Of a stretch of DNA of 64,000 bases, positions 50,608 through 58,615 are shown one piece after another. Numbering within the stretch: the stretch's first letter is position 1; every line of letters begins with the position of its first letter. Made by a program: the position numbers and the translations under genes. This DNA comes from Patescibacteria group bacterium (GTDB lineage: Bacteria; Patescibacteriota; Minisyncoccia; Phycocordibacterales; UBA918): positions 19,350 to 83,349 of the forward strand of contig JAIEOU010000003.1 in assembly GCA_019750255.1 (NCBI GenBank). Direction: 5' to 3'. A model generated the notes under the pieces. The model did no database searches and was not told the origin of the DNA. It saw only the letters and a program-made list of their open reading frames with translations.

Positions 50608-51006
50608 TTAAATCGGTAAATCAATCGCTAGGACCCCAGCGCCCGTGATGAAGAGCGAGAGTCCACACCCGAGAAGGAGAAGGTACATAAGCCGTGAGGG
50701 AATGCTCGGATGGGCAAAACGATCCCGCCATAGGAGCATCTTTACAGCGAGGGAGATTAAAATGAGAGCACCCAGTTGCGTGTAGGCACCAAGAGTGATC
50801 AGCGCGCCCGCAACCAGTTCGGCTAAAATCAGTAAGGCCACCGCAATCTTTGGAAAAGGGAATAGGGGAGCGTTAGTCACTAAGGCAATTTCTTGCCGCA
50901 GCCGTAGGTGGCGAATCCCAAGGATAATAAGGACGGCCCCAACAGTGACGCGTAAAATTGCGTAAGCAAAGAGGGCGAGCCATTGAATAGCAAAAAGGTT
51001 CAGCAT
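50608..51006 (-). CDS. DoxX-family membrane protein
   Basis: ILRVTVG, ELVAG.LITLG.YTQ, TGAG.LAID. Confidence 0.85.
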   Translation of the reverse strand: MLNLFAIQWLALFAYAILRVTVGAVLIILGIRHLRLRQEIALVTNAPLFPFPKIAVALLILAELVAGALITLGAYTQLGALILISLAVKMLLWRDRFAHPSIPSRLMYLLLLGCGLSLFITGAGVLAIDLPI

Positions 51007-51043
51007 GGATATGGAAGCAATTCTCTGCTAGTCTACCATCACA

Positions 51044-51529
51044 ATGATGCCGAATCGCTTTGTCATCCTCCACAATGTTCGCAGCGCGCACAATGTCGGG
51101 GCGATTTTTCGGACTGCCGATGCTGCGGGGGTTAGTGCCGTGTATCTGTGCGGCTACACCCCGACGCCGATTGATCGCTTTGGAAGACCAAATGAGAAGC
51201 TCGCTAAAACGGCCCTGGGTGCTGCTACCACCATGACATGGGAACACCACACCGAAACCACGGCTTTGGTCACTAAACTAAGAAGTGAGGGGGTGTACGT
51301 GGTCGCTGTAGAGCAAACCGAACAATCTGTCTCGCTGTTTAAAGCGACTATTCCAAACGACCGACCGGTAGCGTTTGTGCTCGGAAATGAAGTGCTGGGT
51401 GTACCCACGGAGGTCTGTGCGGCGGTAGATAGGGTTGTTGAGCTCCCTATGCTGGGTGAGAAGGAGTCGCTCAACGTGGCCGTCACTACCGGTATTGTTT
51501 TGTACCACGACCTGGAGCATCGCGTCTAA
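51044..51529 (+). CDS. TrmH/SpoU-family RNA methyltransferase
   Basis: HNVGAIFRTADA, LGNEVLGV, ESLNVAV. Confidence 0.93.
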   Translation: MMPNRFVILHNVRSAHNVGAIFRTADAAGVSAVYLCGYTPTPIDRFGRPNEKLAKTALGAATTMTWEHHTETTALVTKLRSEGVYVVAVEQTEQSVSLFKATIPNDRPVAFVLGNEVLGVPTEVCAAVDRVVELPMLGEKESLNVAVTTGIVLYHDLEHRV

Positions 51530-52797
51530 AGTCGGGCCAGTTCCTGCTGTACCACCTCAGCGTCACTCCATGGTTCCTTGGTATTATCGGGCCCCATGAT
51601 ATAGGGGTCGGTACCTTTGCCGCTAATGAGGACATGACCACCGTCGGCGCAGGCTTCAAGCGCGCTGCGGATAGCGGCGCGGCGGTCCATAATAATTTCG
51701 AGCTTCTGTTTATTCAGAATCCCTTTTTCCATGTCGTTAACAATCTTGCGCGGGTCCTCGTCGTAGGGATCTTCGTTCGTAAGGATAATACGCTCACAGT
51801 AGCGGTCGGCAATGCCGCCCATTTCCGGGCGCTTCCAGGTGTCGCGCCCACCACCAGTGTTGCCAAGGACACACACTTTCGGGGAATCTTTAAATGCTTG
51901 GTAGAGTTTCTCCAGAGAGTCGGGAGTGTGGGCGTAATCAACAACGGCAGTGACCCGTTTGCCCTCGCGGGTGGTGGTAGAAAACTGTTCAACCCGTCCG
52001 GCAATCGGCGGGGTGTCGTGGAGGGCGCGCTCAATGATTGAGAGCGAGACCCCAAGAGCACGAGTAAGGGTGATAGCAGCGAGCACATTGTAGACATTGA
52101 AGAGACCAATGAGCGGTACGCGCAGAGTAGTGTTGCCAATCACGAGGCTTGAGCCGTCCTTATGGAGGGTGTAGAGCGAGAGGTCGCGAAGAGAATAGGA
52201 AAGCGGGTGCTCAATTGGGAACTTAAGAAAGTCAGCCCCGTGCTCGTCGTCGACGTTCGCGACAATGTAGCGCGGTCGCTTGCTGCCGGTGGCCACGCGC
52301 GCTGCGATTGAGAGTTTGGCATTTTTGTAGTTTTCAAACGAACCGTGGGATTCGATGTGTTCGGGGGAGAGGTTGGTAAATACGAGGGCGTCGATATCCA
52401 GAAACCGGTGACGGTACTGCTTGGCTCCTTCAGAGGTCATCTCGACCACGGCGTGAGTACAGCCAGCGGCGACCGCGCGCGCGAGAAAGTGCTGGACGAA
52501 GAAGCGACCAGGCATGGTCATCTTAAACAGGTTGCGCTCAATCGTGTCACCAATCTTAAACTGGATGGTGGAGAGGGACGCCACCTTCTTTCCGTCTGCT
52601 TCAAGGATGCGGGCGATGATTTCGGTGGTCGATGATTTACCTTTGGTTCCGGTAACACCGATGAGTATGAGTCTGCGGCTCGGGTGACGAAAGCGTACGG
52701 CGGCCACATAAGCCATCACGTAATGGTAGTAGGGTTGAATAGCGGTAAAAATACGGCGCGGTAAAAATTTTCTCACAGCGTACAAAAGGTGTTCCAT
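51526..52797 (-). CDS. murE: Mur ligase (MurE)
   Basis: GVTGTKGKS, FTNLSPEH, VDYAHTPD, EDPYDEDP, GKG. Confidence 0.9.
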   Translation of the reverse strand: MEHLLYAVRKFLPRRIFTAIQPYYHYVMAYVAAVRFRHPSRRLILIGVTGTKGKSSTTEIIARILEADGKKVASLSTIQFKIGDTIERNLFKMTMPGRFFVQHFLARAVAAGCTHAVVEMTSEGAKQYRHRFLDIDALVFTNLSPEHIESHGSFENYKNAKLSIAARVATGSKRPRYIVANVDDEHGADFLKFPIEHPLSYSLRDLSLYTLHKDGSSLVIGNTTLRVPLIGLFNVYNVLAAITLTRALGVSLSIIERALHDTPPIAGRVEQFSTTTREGKRVTAVVDYAHTPDSLEKLYQAFKDSPKVCVLGNTGGGRDTWKRPEMGGIADRYCERIILTNEDPYDEDPRKIVNDMEKGILNKQKLEIIMDRRAAIRSALEACADGGHVLISGKGTDPYIMGPDNTKEPWSDAEVVQQELARL

Positions 52798-52870
52798 TCG
52801 ACTATTATAAGGGGAGGCGACACCCCCTGACCACTTACTGTGCGTACACCAGTGTTATGTGATGTTCAGT

Positions 52871-53434
52871 CTAGTTGGCGAGCTGGCGCAGGGCCTGCTT
52901 CACTAGATCGGTCGTATCGGTGTGGGTTGCGACGGCACGCACTGCACTCCGCGCGTCGGTGGGGCTGTAGCCAAGGGAAATGAGCACATCGATAGCATCA
53001 CTTTGCATACGATCTTGTGGGTCTAGCGGGGTCGCTACATGCTCGAGTTTGTCGTGGAGGAACTGCACAATATTTTCGGCGGTCTTCTTGCCAATTCCCG
53101 AGAGTTTGTGAAGCATCGTTGCGTCCTTCATTCTGATGGCCTCTGTCAAAATACTAATCTCAGCCTGGCTAAGGATTTGGAGTGCAGATTTCGGCCCAAT
53201 CTTGGGGATGGTGAGGAGGAGCTGGAAGAATTCAAGTTCGTGCGCGGTAGGGAAGCCGTAGAGATCGAGGGCAGTTTCGCGGACTGCCAGATAGGTGTGG
53301 AGATGGAGCGTGTCGCCCACATCGTACCCTGCCTTAAACGCATTCATATATATAAGATAGCCTACACCGTTAACATTAAGGACCAGATGAGTAATGCTAG
53401 TGCTTTCAACGGTGCCATGGAGCGAGCGAATCAT
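52871..53434 (-). CDS. ruvA: Holliday junction protein RuvA
   Basis: VNGVGY, VRE..LDLYGF, IGPKSAL, GIGKKTAE. Confidence 0.97.
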   Translation of the reverse strand: MIRSLHGTVESTSITHLVLNVNGVGYLIYMNAFKAGYDVGDTLHLHTYLAVRETALDLYGFPTAHELEFFQLLLTIPKIGPKSALQILSQAEISILTEAIRMKDATMLHKLSGIGKKTAENIVQFLHDKLEHVATPLDPQDRMQSDAIDVLISLGYSPTDARSAVRAVATHTDTTDLVKQALRQLAN

Positions 53435-53528
53435 GCCCACTATTGTACCTCAAGAGCCAAGCGAGCGCTCTTCTGTCTTGCTTTTTTATGGATGGTGCGG
53501 TACAGTTCCATCACTTAAATCAATCAAT

Positions 53529-53792
53529 ATGCCAATTACCCGTGGAGCAAAGAAGGCCGTTCGTCAGCAAGCGCGCAAGCGTATCTTCAACATTCGTCGC
53601 AAGAATGTCTTGACTGACAGTGTGAAGGATGTACAGAAAGCTATCACTGCCGGTGATGGCGCAAAGGCAAAAGACCTATTGAGTAAGGCCTACCAGGCTA
53701 TCGATAAGGCCGAAAAGCGTGGTGTTATAAAGAAGAACACCGCAGCCCGCAAGAAGTCTCGTCTTACCGCCCGCGTCAAGGCAGCGAAGTAA
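53529..53792 (+). CDS. rpsT: 30S ribosomal protein S20
   Basis: MPITRGAKKAVRQ, IDKAEKRGVIKKNTAARKKSRL. Confidence 0.98.
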   Translation: MPITRGAKKAVRQQARKRIFNIRRKNVLTDSVKDVQKAITAGDGAKAKDLLSKAYQAIDKAEKRGVIKKNTAARKKSRLTARVKAAK

Positions 53793-53809
53793 AGACTAAG
53801 AACAAACAT

Positions 53810-53846
53810 ACAAAAGCAGCGGCACCTACGGTGCCGCTGCTTTTGT
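53810..53846. terminator. Bidirectional terminator
   Basis: ACAAAAGCAGCGGCACC-TAC-GGTGCCGCTGCTTTTGT. Confidence 0.8.
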
Positions 53847-53893
53847 TAGGCACAATAAAACGAACGCCGCCGGGGTGAGCCGGCGGCGAATTT

Positions 53894-54304
53894 TTAAGGG
53901 CGAGTTTCAGAGCGGGAGGAGCAGCCGAGATGGAAGAGACCGATCAATTTCCCGGTTTCATCTTCAATGCGGACTCTGCCACCAATTTTGTACATGCTCT
54001 CTGGTACTTGTATTGTCGTCTCTGGCGCCAGCATACGAAACCAGTGTTGTTCATCCCCGCCCCGGCGACCAGGAAGTAGTCCCACAAACCGTGCTGTGAG
54101 AGTGACGGACGTGTTACGAATAGTAACGACGTTTGGGGTGCCGCTAGCGATGCACCCCCGCACCGTTATGTGCTCAGCGGGTGTCTCAAGCTGGAATGTT
54201 GTGTTGGCGAGGACCTGATGTCGTTCTTCCTGTCCTGCGTCACTGATGCAGCTGTAGATGTTACCCACGAATGCGAGGATAACAAGTAATACGACGATGC
54301 GCAT
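53894..54304 (-). CDS. Hypothetical exported protein
   Basis: GGGAGG SD; hydrophobic N-terminus. Confidence 0.6.
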   Translation of the reverse strand: MRIVVLLVILAFVGNIYSCISDAGQEERHQVLANTTFQLETPAEHITVRGCIASGTPNVVTIRNTSVTLTARFVGLLPGRRGGDEQHWFRMLAPETTIQVPESMYKIGGRVRIEDETGKLIGLFHLGCSSRSETRP

Positions 54305-54478
54305 GGGGACCTCCCGAGGTTGTTGTCCGTCTACGGCCTATCCTATGTCCATAAGGAATCGTTGTAAATAGGGCATTTTATGGAGACTTAATTGACCCGT
54401 GGTATAGATTGCTTCAATAGGATAAACGGCAGATGTCACAAGGGTGGATGTAAACCCAATGCCGAGCGGTAAAAATAG

Positions 54479-54814
54479 TTATTTTTTCCTATACGAAGTC
54501 CATAAGCAATCGAGCGCATCAGTTGCCATATGAAAAAGCAAACCCACTGCAATCATCTGAATGTAAACATTGGGAACAAATAGAAGTCCACCGTAAATAC
54601 AGATTGCAACATAGGAATGAAGCGGGTGAAACCCAATGCTGCAGCGATTGGGGTCAAAAATTGGTCTGGCAAGTAAATGGTCAAGATCAACCAACATAGT
54701 GGCAATCATTATGGTCCAGGCAATATGCCATTGTTCGTTAAAAAGAACCCAGGCTAGAAGACCGGGCGCGACAAAATGTAAGCTGTAGTGGATGACGGCT
54801 TGGAGCTTTGGCAT
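54479..54814 (-). CDS. DUF6122-like membrane protein
   Basis: HYSLHF..P, TMLVDLDHLLA.PIFDPNRCSIGFHPLHS. Confidence 0.8.
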   Translation of the reverse strand: MPKLQAVIHYSLHFVAPGLLAWVLFNEQWHIAWTIMIATMLVDLDHLLARPIFDPNRCSIGFHPLHSYVAICIYGGLLFVPNVYIQMIAVGLLFHMATDALDCLWTSYRKK

Positions 54815-54864
54815 AAATTCACTATAGCAGGGGAGAGGCCTAGTAATCTTATTTTCGTTACTTA

Positions 54865-55393
54865 GGGATGCGGTCACGCATACAGAAATTTAAAATGGAT
54901 GTGGATTCGGTCACGAATCACTAACTATATTTCATCGCTCCGCTTGAAATCTAGTAAGTGTTCTCGACCCCAGATCACTCGCCTCCGGCATCGCTGCGCT
55001 TTTCGAATCACAACATAAGACGCATTAAATCTGTGGATTCGGTCACTCTCATGGATACTTTGTTTCGCTTAGGCTCACAAATTATCTCATTCGCTCGACC
55101 CCCACTCGAGTCGCCCAACTTTCGCTTCGCTTCAGTCGGGTCCCCGCCGCTTCGGTTCGAATCCCACATCCCCGCGCTCGCACAAACAAAAAGAACCCTG
55201 CCGGGTTCTTTTTGGTGCTCGCGGAGGATGTGGGATTCGAAACTTACAGTTTCAGTACACCTTGTCACTATTTTGTTTCCTCTCCTCACAAAATAGTTGG
55301 CAAGGTCTTCGAATCCTTGCAACGCTTTTCTTTCAGAAAAGCTGCAACACATCCTTCTTGCCTCACTTCGTTCGTCTGCGGAGGATGTGGGAT
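54865..55393. repeat. Array of alternating direct/inverted tRNA-Ser 3'-end copies with hairpin cassettes
   Basis: Direct copies 55378-55393, 55221-55241, ~55033, 54897-54909; inverted copies 55308-55355 (split), 55154-55175, 55002-55016. Confidence 0.85.
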
Positions 55394-55444
55394 GACGTTC
55401 GGCTAGTGATAATAGGTCAGGGAGACTACTAAATTACGAAATGA

Positions 55445-56308
55445 TTACGGATTACACCACTGACACTCTCCAGGTTCAGCCGAGTTTTTATTTTCTATGG
55501 GTTGGGTTTCTTGATAACTACATTTTTTACAACAACGTACTGTTTCTTTTACCAAATCGGTGGCTAACCCACAGCCATTACAAGGCAATCCCTTAACTAC
55601 ATCAGTAATAACAAAACCAGGAGTAGTGCATTTTGGGCATATACTTTTGCAGTTTTTTATGAGGTCAAGGGTAGCTTGCTTGATACCGTCCATTCGCTTT
55701 GGGCAACGGTGGGCTCGCATATCTGTTTCGATAAAAACAGACTTGGTGCTCCATTTTAATAAAAGCTTTTCAGACATTGTCCGCAAGTCGTCCTCTGTAG
55801 TAATTTCCTTGTAGATGTGTCTACTGCTCGTTTCTGACTGCCTCAAAATAACTCCTTGTTTTGGAAAACCCCACGAGCAAGCGACATCCACAGCTTCTTC
55901 GGGAGTATGTACAATTTGACTTCGAACTTGTGAGTTACTGTTACGGAAATGCCCGACAATTTCCAAATCATTTTTGATATCAATTAACACTACAATTTCA
56001 AGGTTACTTTGGACAAAAGGAATTGTAGGATGATTGCCGAAGCTGCCTTCGCTAGAAAACCCTAAATCCATCCCTGTTAGCATCATTGCTGCTTGAGCTT
56101 TTTTTCGAGCAGCTTCAAGTTGATTACCCGCCCGCTTTATATCTCTTGTAAACGTACCAAAGCGGTCAGTATTAAAATCGTGAGGAACTGTAATGGTAAT
56201 ACCGAGTCCCTCTTTTAATATAGGGGAAATAACACTTTCCTTATTATGCATTGTAGCCAGAACACCCGTTCTTTTTTCCCAATCCCCAATAATGTCCGTT
56301 GATGGCAT
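55445..56308 (-). CDS. DUF6671-like protein with C-terminal Cys-rich (Zn) region
   Basis: LATMHNKE, NTDRFGTFT, SEGSFGNHP, ETDMRAH, several CxxC. Confidence 0.8.
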   Translation of the reverse strand: MPSTDIIGDWEKRTGVLATMHNKESVISPILKEGLGITITVPHDFNTDRFGTFTRDIKRAGNQLEAARKKAQAAMMLTGMDLGFSSEGSFGNHPTIPFVQSNLEIVVLIDIKNDLEIVGHFRNSNSQVRSQIVHTPEEAVDVACSWGFPKQGVILRQSETSSRHIYKEITTEDDLRTMSEKLLLKWSTKSVFIETDMRAHRCPKRMDGIKQATLDLIKNCKSICPKCTTPGFVITDVVKGLPCNGCGLATDLVKETVRCCKKCSYQETQPIENKNSAEPGECQWCNP

Positions 56309-56398
56309 TTATTGATTATAATGCTTGATTGCTTTCTGGACACCCTCTATTGTGTCTTATAAAAATATGATGAGCATAGCTACTTATTTGCGATAAAT

Positions 56399-56683
56399 TT
56401 AAAAATCAAACAATTCTCCTAGCATTGACTTATGTTTCTGTGTACCACCTCGGTTGTAATTATTATCATCGTCATCATCACGGTCATATTGCCGGCCATT
56501 CGTAGTATTGCTTTGAGGGTTACGGACTTGTTCTTGAGCTGGTTGTTGGGCACTGGTTTTCTCAATCAACTTATCTAGCTCCCCACGGTCTAACCAAACC
56601 CCACGACACTGCGGACAGTAATCGATTTCAACACCCTGTCGTTCAGATAGTAATAGCTGAGTATTATCATTTGGGCAGTTCAT
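56399..56683 (-). CDS. zf-TFIIB domain protein
   Basis: MNCPND..ERQGVEIDYCPQCRGVWLDRGELDK..LGELFD. Confidence 0.9.
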   Translation of the reverse strand: MNCPNDNTQLLLSERQGVEIDYCPQCRGVWLDRGELDKLIEKTSAQQPAQEQVRNPQSNTTNGRQYDRDDDDDNNYNRGGTQKHKSMLGELFDF

Positions 56684-56698
56684 ATTTTTTAAATTAAT

Positions 56699-56803
56699 TT
56701 ACAAGACTAAACCAATAACAGAATTTAAAATTGATTGTATCAAGTCTAAAATCATAATTATAATTGCTTCTATTTGGTCAAAAATTGATGCGATTTGTTC
56801 CAT
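56699..56803 (-). CDS. Putative 34-aa amphipathic peptide
   Basis: MEQIASIFDQIEAIIIMILDLIQSILNSVIGLVL; upstream TGTTATTAT; stop 15 nt before the next ATG. Confidence 0.45.
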   Translation of the reverse strand: MEQIASIFDQIEAIIIMILDLIQSILNSVIGLVL

Positions 56804-57082
56804 ACTTTATGCATTGATAATAACATGACAGATTTAAAAATAATAATTCTGTAAATTTACCCTTGAAATTACTCTAACTGCAATTTTAATACGCTTCATA
56901 ACAGTATCTATTCCAGCTAGCTTGCTATTGTAGTATTCGTATTTACATTCTGAGTTCCCACTCTAGGATTCGGACACGTCTCGCGTGCACTAGACCCTTT
57001 ACAAAGTTTCCGTGTCGCAGACGGGTACGGAAATCTTAAAAATTTTATGGCTTTAAATAAAGCTCTTCGTGCTAGCACGACT

Positions 57083-57172
57083 TGGCGGAGGATGTGGGAT
57101 TCGAACCCACGAGACCTTTTACAGTCTGGCGGTTTAGTAAACCGCTGCTTTCAACCACTCAGCCAATCCTCC
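57083..57172 (-). tRNA. tRNA-Ser with ACT anticodon, CCA encoded
   Basis: GGAGGAT acceptor, G73, long variable arm, anticodon arm GCGGT-TTACTAA-ACCGC. Confidence 0.9.
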
Positions 57173-57312
57173 GAAGTTCGCCCGTTCAAAAGAACGGGGC
57201 GACCACTAGTATAGGGGTAAAAGGCGAAACTGTTAACAGGGGAGGGGAAAATGATAGAGGCAGAGTGTTTCGGTTACTCTGACGGATTTATTCTACTTCG
57301 CTAGCGCTTCTT

Positions 57313-57594
57313 AGGGATTCGGTCCTTACTGGAGCAGTACTCCAATTTATAAAATAAGGATTCGGTCACGCTTATGGATATTTAGTTTCGCTTCGCTCAC
57401 AAAATAGCATTCGCTCGAACCCGCAGAGGGACTCTCTCCTTACAGGAGCAGTACCCCAATTGGCTCGTTTATTTCGCTAGCTCATAAACGAGCTCAATCG
57501 GGCTTCGGATCCCTCCCGTGAGTGACTTTGAGTCACTCACTTCTCTCCGCGAACAAAAATGGCACCCAAGGGAGGGTGCTAATTTTTGTATTCG
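57313..57594. repeat. tRNA-Ser(TGA) downstream fold-back tract
   Basis: Inverted copy split by hairpin (57504-57516 + 57542-57550), cassette 57358-57424, direct T-arm copies at 57313 and 57358. Confidence 0.8.
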
Positions 57595-57681
57595 CGGAGA
57601 GAGAGGGATTCGAACCCTCGAAGAGCTTACACCCTTAACAGTTTTCAAGACTGCCGCCTTCAACCACTCAGCCATCTCTCC
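57595..57681 (-). tRNA. tRNA-Ser(TGA), CCA not encoded
   Basis: GGAGAGA acceptor, loop CTTGAAA, long variable arm. Confidence 0.95.
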
Positions 57682-57790
57682 AGATATGTTGTTGTCCGTA
57701 CTCTACTGCAGAGCTGCGCTCTACATTAGCAACAGATACTAGCAAAAACCACCTAAAAAGTACACCTGCCATATGCTACAATCTTTTTAA

Positions 57791-58258
57791 ATGGATACCC
57801 CGCGTGCTGTAAGTTGGGAAGCTCCCGAGTTTCACTACACCGAGAAAAAAGGTGACTGGTATTTTGCGGTCGCACTTATCGCTGCTGGTTGTGTGGTTGC
57901 GGCCCTTCTGTTGGGGAATACACTCTTTGCTTTACTGTCTGTCATCTCTGGCATTGCCCTCGCCATTGCAGCCGGCAAGCGGCCGCAGATTGTACCGTTT
58001 GCGGTAACTGTGCGAGGGGTGCGTATAGGTAGTGAGCTATACCCCTTTGGGCATCTCGCGGCGTACCATATTGATGAGGAAGATCCACGCGGCCCTCAAA
58101 TGATACTGCTCGCGAAGCGCAAGTTTATGCCCCTCCTTACCATGCCGCTCCCGGCTCAATATCTTGATGATATCGAGGACATCATGAAGGGTAAAATAGA
58201 AGAAAGATACCTCGAAGAGCCCTTCCTGCTAAAGGTACTGGAATATTTCGGATTTTAA
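57791..58258 (+). CDS. Hypothetical membrane protein
   Basis: WEAPEF..KKGDWY, 2 TMs, small C-terminal domain. Confidence 0.8.
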   Translation: MDTPRAVSWEAPEFHYTEKKGDWYFAVALIAAGCVVAALLLGNTLFALLSVISGIALAIAAGKRPQIVPFAVTVRGVRIGSELYPFGHLAAYHIDEEDPRGPQMILLAKRKFMPLLTMPLPAQYLDDIEDIMKGKIEERYLEEPFLLKVLEYFGF

Positions 58259-58299
58259 GGTATTATCGTGCTCACGTTGCATCTGTAGCGTGAAGAATC

Positions 58300-58371
58300 G
58301 CTCCCATAGTTTAATGGATAGAATGCAGGTTTGCGGTATCTGCGATCCAGGTTCGATTCCTGGTGGGAGCA
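58300..58371 (+). tRNA. tRNA-Arg(GCG), CCA not encoded
   Basis: GCTCCCA/TGGGAGC acceptor, anticodon arm CAGGT-TTGCGGT-ATCTG. Confidence 0.92.
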
Positions 58372-58555
58372 CAAATCAGCCGACCCAAATGCGAATGCAT
58401 TTGGGTCGTTGCTGTTTGTAGCTCCCACCAGGAATCGAAAGACGCAAGCCGGGGACCCTTTGGGCCGGCGCGTCGGGGTCGAGAGTGCTTAGATTTTTAT
58501 GAGCAAAGCGAAATAAAAAGCTTAGTAACTCGTGACCGAATTTCCTCGTGGGTGT
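58372..58555. repeat. tRNA-Arg(GCG) downstream fold-back tract
   Basis: Hairpin, exact 19-nt inverted copy GCTCCCACCAGGAATCGAA at ~58421, cassette 58475-58545, degenerate direct copy CGAATTTCCTCGTGGG. Confidence 0.85.
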
Positions 58556-58615
58556 TACGTTATGTTGCTTGCATGTTCTAGCTCCATAACCTACCTATGT
58601 GCTATTCTTCCCGTC

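Larger units (their letters stand above)
55394..57082. mobile_element. AT-rich genomic islet at the tRNA-Ser 3' end, no integrase
   Basis: Bounded by direct repeat GCGGAGGATGTGGGAT (55378 and 57085); visibly lower GC. Confidence 0.7.

Noticed and set aside
40886-53846. Shared GCAGC(GC)GGCACC stem at 40886 and 53810 (also GCGGCAC at ~2480) as a mobile repeat
   Set aside because: All sit at gene ends with A/T tails and are adequately explained as intrinsic terminators.
54865-55393. CRISPR array
   Set aside because: Repeats alternate in orientation, vary in length and are tRNA-derived; spacers are hairpins; no cas genes in the window.
54958-55406. ORFs 54958-55296, 55008-55352 and 55212-55406
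   Set aside because: They lie entirely over the tRNA-end repeat array and have no recognisable protein features.
57129-57145. Reading the tRNA anticodon as CTA (amber suppressor or Pyl)
   Set aside because: The symmetric 5-bp stem with a 7-nt loop puts ACT at positions 34-36; CTA would need an off-register stem. The body is Ser-type.
57082-57742. ORFs overlapping the two tRNA-Ser genes
   Set aside because: Translations of tRNA sequence (for example MAEDVGFEPT and MAEWLKAAVLKT), a common false-positive pattern.
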